DNA from: Gammaproteobacteria bacterium
GTDB lineage: Bacteria; Pseudomonadota; Gammaproteobacteria; Ga0077536
Assembly: GCA_030830685.1 (NCBI GenBank)
Contig: JAURMM010000054.1
Location: 717 to 64,716, forward strand
Direction of reading: 5' to 3'
DNA: 64,000 nucleotides
Every line of letters begins with the position of its first letter. The first letter of the stretch is position 1. This document shows, piece after piece, positions 60,343 to 64,000 of the stretch. Under the pieces are notes generated by a model. It ran no database searches, was not told the DNA's origin, and worked only from the letters and a program-made list of their open reading frames with translations. A program made the position numbers and the translations under genes.

Positions 60343-62562
60343 TCAGCCCGTTTCCTGGGCATCGACATCAAGATGCCAGCGCACGCGCCGAGCCATCGGC
60401 AGTGTTCGAATCTTCATGAGTGCAGCCTCCAGCGCCGCCGCGAGGACGCCCCGGTCGGCGCAGGACAGCAACAAGTTTGCGCGGTAGCGGCCAACTTTCC
60501 GCTCCATCAGGGCGGGTACCGGCCCACCAATGAACACGGCCTGAGGCAGTGTCTGCCGCAGCCAGTCCGCCAATTCGCGCAGAAAGGCCTGCGGTGTTTC
60601 CCGTGCGGGGGCTTCGGCTCTCAGCATGGCGAGGGCAGTATGCGGAGGCATCTCTGCTTCGGCCCGCTCGGCCAGCGCGCGAGCCGCGAATCCGCGATAG
60701 TCGGCGGTGCGCAGGAATCCGAACACGGGATGTTCCGGATGATGACTCTGAATGAGGACTTCCCCCGCCTGCTCGCCCCGTCCAGCCCGGCCAGCGACCT
60801 GTAGCACGGTTTGCATGAAGCGTTCCTCGGCGCGGAAATCCCGCGCCAGAAGCCCGCTGTCTCCATCCACGATGCCAACGAGCGTCACGTGCGCGAAGTC
60901 GTGCCCCTTGGCAATCATTTGCGTGCCTATCAAAAGATCAACCTCGCGCTGCCGGATGCGTGCGAACGCCCGCTCGAGATCGCCCTTGTGTCGCATGGCG
61001 TCGCGATCGATGCGCAGTATCCTGAGGCCCGGGAAGATTCCCTCCAAGGCCCCTTCCAGTTGTTCTGTTCCTATGCCGACGCCTGCATAAGTCTCCAGTC
61101 TTCCGCAGGGGTGCCCGGGCAGCACAGCATCCGTGCGCCTTTCGAAACCACAGTGATGACAGCGCAACCGTCCCTGTTCCTGGTGCAGCACCAAGCGTGA
61201 ATCACAGCGGGGGCAGCCAGCGATCCAGCCGCAGGCGTGACACAGCACTACCGGCGCGAAGCCGCGTCGATTGAGGAACAGCAGGCTTTGCTCGCCTCTT
61301 TCGGCCCGCTCGAGGATAGCGCGACGGAGAGGATCGCTGATACCCGAGGACAATCGCATACCCCGGATGTCCAGCACGCGGATGCTGGGCAGGCTCGCAC
61401 CACCCGCGCGCTCGTCCAGCGGCAGATAGGCATATTTGCCACGTTCGCAGTTGGCGAGCGACTCCAGTGACGGGGTTGCAGACCCCAGTACTACCGGGAT
61501 GTTCAGCCGGCGGGCGCGCATCACCGCAACATCACGCGCCGAGTAGCGAAAACCTTCCTGCTGCTTGAAAGAGGCGTCGTGCTCCTCATCCACCACGATC
61601 AGGGCCAACTCGGGAAGTGGCATCCATACTGCGGAGCGTGTTCCGAGCAGGATACGTACTTCGCCTCGTCGGCAGCGCTGCCATTCGAGCGCGCGTGCAC
61701 GGTCGGAAAGTTCGGAATGGACTAGGCCGACCATCGCGCCAAAGCGTTCGGAAAAACGCCGGACTATCTGCTCCGTCAGGCCGATTTCCGGCACAAGCAA
61801 CAGGATCTGGCCACCTCGCAAAATCACTTCGCGTGCGAGATGCAGATAGATCTCGGTCTTGCCGCTACCAGTGACGCCGTGCAGAAGATGGACTCCGAAA
61901 GTGTCGAGGCCATCGCCGATCTTCGTGCAAGCTTCGGATTGCCCCGGGTTCAGCGGGAGGAAGCGCTCGGCATCGACAACTACGGGCTTTAGTGTCGAAT
62001 CCTCACCGATCGGCATCAGCCAGCCGCGACGCTCCGCGTCGCGCAGGACGCGTATTTTCGCGTTCAGGTCAGCCAAGCCCGAACGGGTGACTGCGCCCTT
62101 ATGCGCCGATTCCAGCAGTTCGCGCTGCCGGGGGCCAAGCCGTTCACCGCCTTGCAGGGCAGCTGAACCGGCCGGCGTCAGTTGCCATGCAGGCTCGCGA
62201 GTCTGTCGTGGAGGTTCTCCACGTCTCAGTTCTGTGGGAAGCAGCGCGTCGAAGACCTCCCCGGGTGGGCAGTGGTAGTACTGGATTGCCCATAGGGCGA
62301 GAGCCATCAGTGACGCGTCGATGACCGGCTCAGCATCCAGCACTGCACGCACAGGTTTGAGATCCTGGTGCACAGCGTCGTCGCCGGTTGCGCAGTCCCG
62401 CACTACTACACCGATACGTTCACTGCGCCCCAGGGGCACTCTCACGCGAGAGCCTGGTGCGATCGGTGTGGCGGCACCTGACTCTGGAGGCAGGTAGTCG
62501 AAAAATGAACGCAGCGGGCTGAGCACCGCTACGCGCACGGTGCGCAGACCCGGCTGGATCAA
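60343..62562 (-). CDS. priA: Primosomal replication restart helicase PriA
   Basis: LHGVTGSGKTEIY, VVDEEHD, a Zn-binding Cys cluster (CHACGWIAGCPRCDSRLVLH...LRCHHCG), and GTQMIAKGHDF. The track start is a TTG at 62562; a GTG at 62538 is the alternative. Confidence 0.9.
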   Translation of the reverse strand: MIQPGLRTVRVAVLSPLRSFFDYLPPESGAATPIAPGSRVRVPLGRSERIGVVVRDCATGDDAVHQDLKPVRAVLDAEPVIDASLMALALWAIQYYHCPPGEVFDALLPTELRRGEPPRQTREPAWQLTPAGSAALQGGERLGPRQRELLESAHKGAVTRSGLADLNAKIRVLRDAERRGWLMPIGEDSTLKPVVVDAERFLPLNPGQSEACTKIGDGLDTFGVHLLHGVTGSGKTEIYLHLAREVILRGGQILLLVPEIGLTEQIVRRFSERFGAMVGLVHSELSDRARALEWQRCRRGEVRILLGTRSAVWMPLPELALIVVDEEHDASFKQQEGFRYSARDVAVMRARRLNIPVVLGSATPSLESLANCERGKYAYLPLDERAGGASLPSIRVLDIRGMRLSSGISDPLRRAILERAERGEQSLLFLNRRGFAPVVLCHACGWIAGCPRCDSRLVLHQEQGRLRCHHCGFERRTDAVLPGHPCGRLETYAGVGIGTEQLEGALEGIFPGLRILRIDRDAMRHKGDLERAFARIRQREVDLLIGTQMIAKGHDFAHVTLVGIVDGDSGLLARDFRAEERFMQTVLQVAGRAGRGEQAGEVLIQSHHPEHPVFGFLRTADYRGFAARALAERAEAEMPPHTALAMLRAEAPARETPQAFLRELADWLRQTLPQAVFIGGPVPALMERKVGRYRANLLLSCADRGVLAAALEAALMKIRTLPMARRVRWHLDVDAQETG

Positions 62563-63245
62563 AGGTCCGGTTCCGGGAGGCCGATGGGCGGTAGCACGGG
62601 CAGGCCCTCCAGCCAGTACCTTCCCGGGGCCTCCGCCAGCCGCTGCGCCAGGGCGTTTTCGTCCAGCGACAGCGCTGGTGCCCCAGTGAGGCTGGATTGC
62701 GGTGCTTGCCGAAGGCGGGCGATGGGTAGCACGCTCAATTCGAAATCCACCCCATCCCGATGAAAGTCAAAGATTGGCCAGCCGGCCTCGCCGCCTCTAC
62801 GAGCAGTCGGCGTGCGCAGATCGAAGGGCACCTTATGTTGCAGCAGGTACCGCGTGACATGCTCGAGCTCGTCATCGAAGAGGTGAAGGCCCACTGGAGT
62901 ATTTGCGAAAGTGGTGCCGAACAGCACCGGGCCGTGTAGTCGTGGTTTGAAGTCGCGCAGGAATTTCATCGCCCGCAGCGCCGCGGTGCGCAATTCCCGA
63001 TTGCGTGCTGGCAGTTCGTTCCGGTCAAACAGACTCTGGTAGTCGATCACCGCCTGCAGCAGCGAGATGCCCTCGAGGGCGGCGTCGCCACCGTGCAATC
63101 CCAGGGCCGCCGCCGATTTCTCCCGTGCCTCGCGGAAGCCTCGCGCCTCACCCCTAACCAGCATTCGAGCGGCGAGTTGCGCGAGTTCCTGGTGGCGCTG
63201 CCTGGCTTCGCGCTGGCCCCGGGCCTCACTCCTTCGTCGTCTCAA
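62559..63245 (-). CDS. Hypothetical protein wedged between mrcA and priA
   Basis: An open frame fills the whole mrcA-priA gap. The N-terminus is Arg-rich (RRRRSEARGQREARQRHQE). I recognise no motif. The track start is a TTG at 63245; the first ATG is at 63164. Confidence 0.5.
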   Translation of the reverse strand: MRRRRSEARGQREARQRHQELAQLAARMLVRGEARGFREAREKSAAALGLHGGDAALEGISLLQAVIDYQSLFDRNELPARNRELRTAALRAMKFLRDFKPRLHGPVLFGTTFANTPVGLHLFDDELEHVTRYLLQHKVPFDLRTPTARRGGEAGWPIFDFHRDGVDFELSVLPIARLRQAPQSSLTGAPALSLDENALAQRLAEAPGRYWLEGLPVLPPIGLPEPDL

Positions 63246-64000
63246 AACAGCTGCTCCACGGCGCGGGGGGGCGGAGGTTGCGACCGTTCCAGCGGGGCAC
63301 GTTGCCCAGGCGCATTGCGGGGCACATCCTCGGCACGGAAGGTTTCGTAACGCGCTTCTTCCGAGGAACCCGTGCGCACCGTCACAAGACCAGCCGGCAG
63401 CGGCAGTTCGGCGGACGGGGTGCCGGCGAGCACGCTGCGCATGAAATCAATCCACATGGGAAGCGCCGTGTGTGCGCCTGTTTCCAGAGGTCCCAAGGTC
63501 TTCGAATCGTCATAGCCGACCCAGGCGGTACTCACCACCCGGGCGTTGAAACCCGAGAACCAGGCATCCTTCAGATCGTTTGTAGTGCCGGTTTTGCCGG
63601 CCAGATCGCTGCGGCCGAGAGAAAGCGCACGCCGGGCGGTCCCGCGGGTGATGACGTCTTTCATCATCGCGTACATCAGCCACGCGTTCTGGGCATCGAG
63701 CACGCGGGGTGCCCGCGGCGCGGCGGCGGCACTTTCTGCCTCGATGAGGGCAGCGAGGTCCGCAGGTTCCTCATCCCCGATTTCTGCATCACAGCTTGCA
63801 CAGGCGATGGCTGGCGTGGCCGTGAGGAGCACCTTGCCCGTCGGATCCTCCACGCGCTGCAGAACATGGGGATCGATCAGAAAACCACCATTGGCGAACA
63901 CGGCGTAGCCACGGGCAAGCTGCAGGGGTGTGAGCTCGCCGGTGCCCAGGGATAGCGAGAGATTGTGTGGCAGACGCTCAGGGTCGAAGCCGAAGCGCGC
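63242..64000 (-). CDS. mrcA: Penicillin-binding protein 1A, C-terminal part (N-terminus beyond the window end)
   Basis: The frame is open from 64000: ARFGFDPERLPHNLSLSLGTGELTPLQLARGYAVFANGGF...LAGKTGTTNDLKDAWFSGF...TAWVGYDD, which are transpeptidase KTG(T) region motifs. Confidence 0.85.
   Translation of the reverse strand, partial: ARFGFDPERLPHNLSLSLGTGELTPLQLARGYAVFANGGFLIDPHVLQRVEDPTGKVLLTATPAIACASCDAEIGDEEPADLAALIEAESAAAAPRAPRVLDAQNAWLMYAMMKDVITRGTARRALSLGRSDLAGKTGTTNDLKDAWFSGFNARVVSTAWVGYDDSKTLGPLETGAHTALPMWIDFMRSVLAGTPSAELPLPAGLVTVRTGSSEEARYETFRAEDVPRNAPGQRAPLERSQPPPPRAVEQLF

Overview
GC-rich chromosomal segment of a Gram-negative bacterium, probably a gammaproteobacterium. This is judged from gene order alone: cysE-iscR...ndk-rlmN-pilW-rodZ-hisS-yfgM-bamB-der, gcvR/dapA-bamC, holC-pepA/lptG and thiS-thiG-trmB match what I recall for Pseudomonas and E. 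coli. About 62 protein genes and one tRNA-Gly(CCC) are supported. I saw no rRNA, CRISPR array, IS element, integrase or prophage. Most of the window is housekeeping: aminoacyl-tRNA ligases hisS, valS and argS; Bam lipoproteins; the SUF Fe-S operon; pyruvate carboxylase; priA; and the 3' part of mrcA. Four accessory patches interrupt it. (i) 1-5.4 kb holds an LLM oxidoreductase, an RTX-type secreted protein with a seven-fold repeat domain, an MFS transporter and a TetR regulator. (ii) 35.4-40.6 kb is an oxygenase cluster: Baeyer-Villiger monooxygenase, DUF455, SDR, thioesterase and LLM monooxygenase. (iii) 41.7-43.3 kb is a tightly coupled speH-speE operon carrying a second, divergent AdoMetDC-fold paralog. 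(iv) 51.1-53.0 kb is the most interesting part. It is a three-gene RiPP-type operon: a secreted 103-aa precursor, a DUF692/MNIO oxidase and a DUF2063 partner. The precursor lacks the cysteine patterns I associate with described MNIO substrates and ends in a methanobactin-like CG...CS motif. All calls come from reading the translated ORFs and recalled family motifs; no database search was possible. Many long ORFs in the track are antisense shadows typical of GC-rich DNA and were discarded. Several real genes start downstream of the track's first start codon, and I give the adjusted coordinates.
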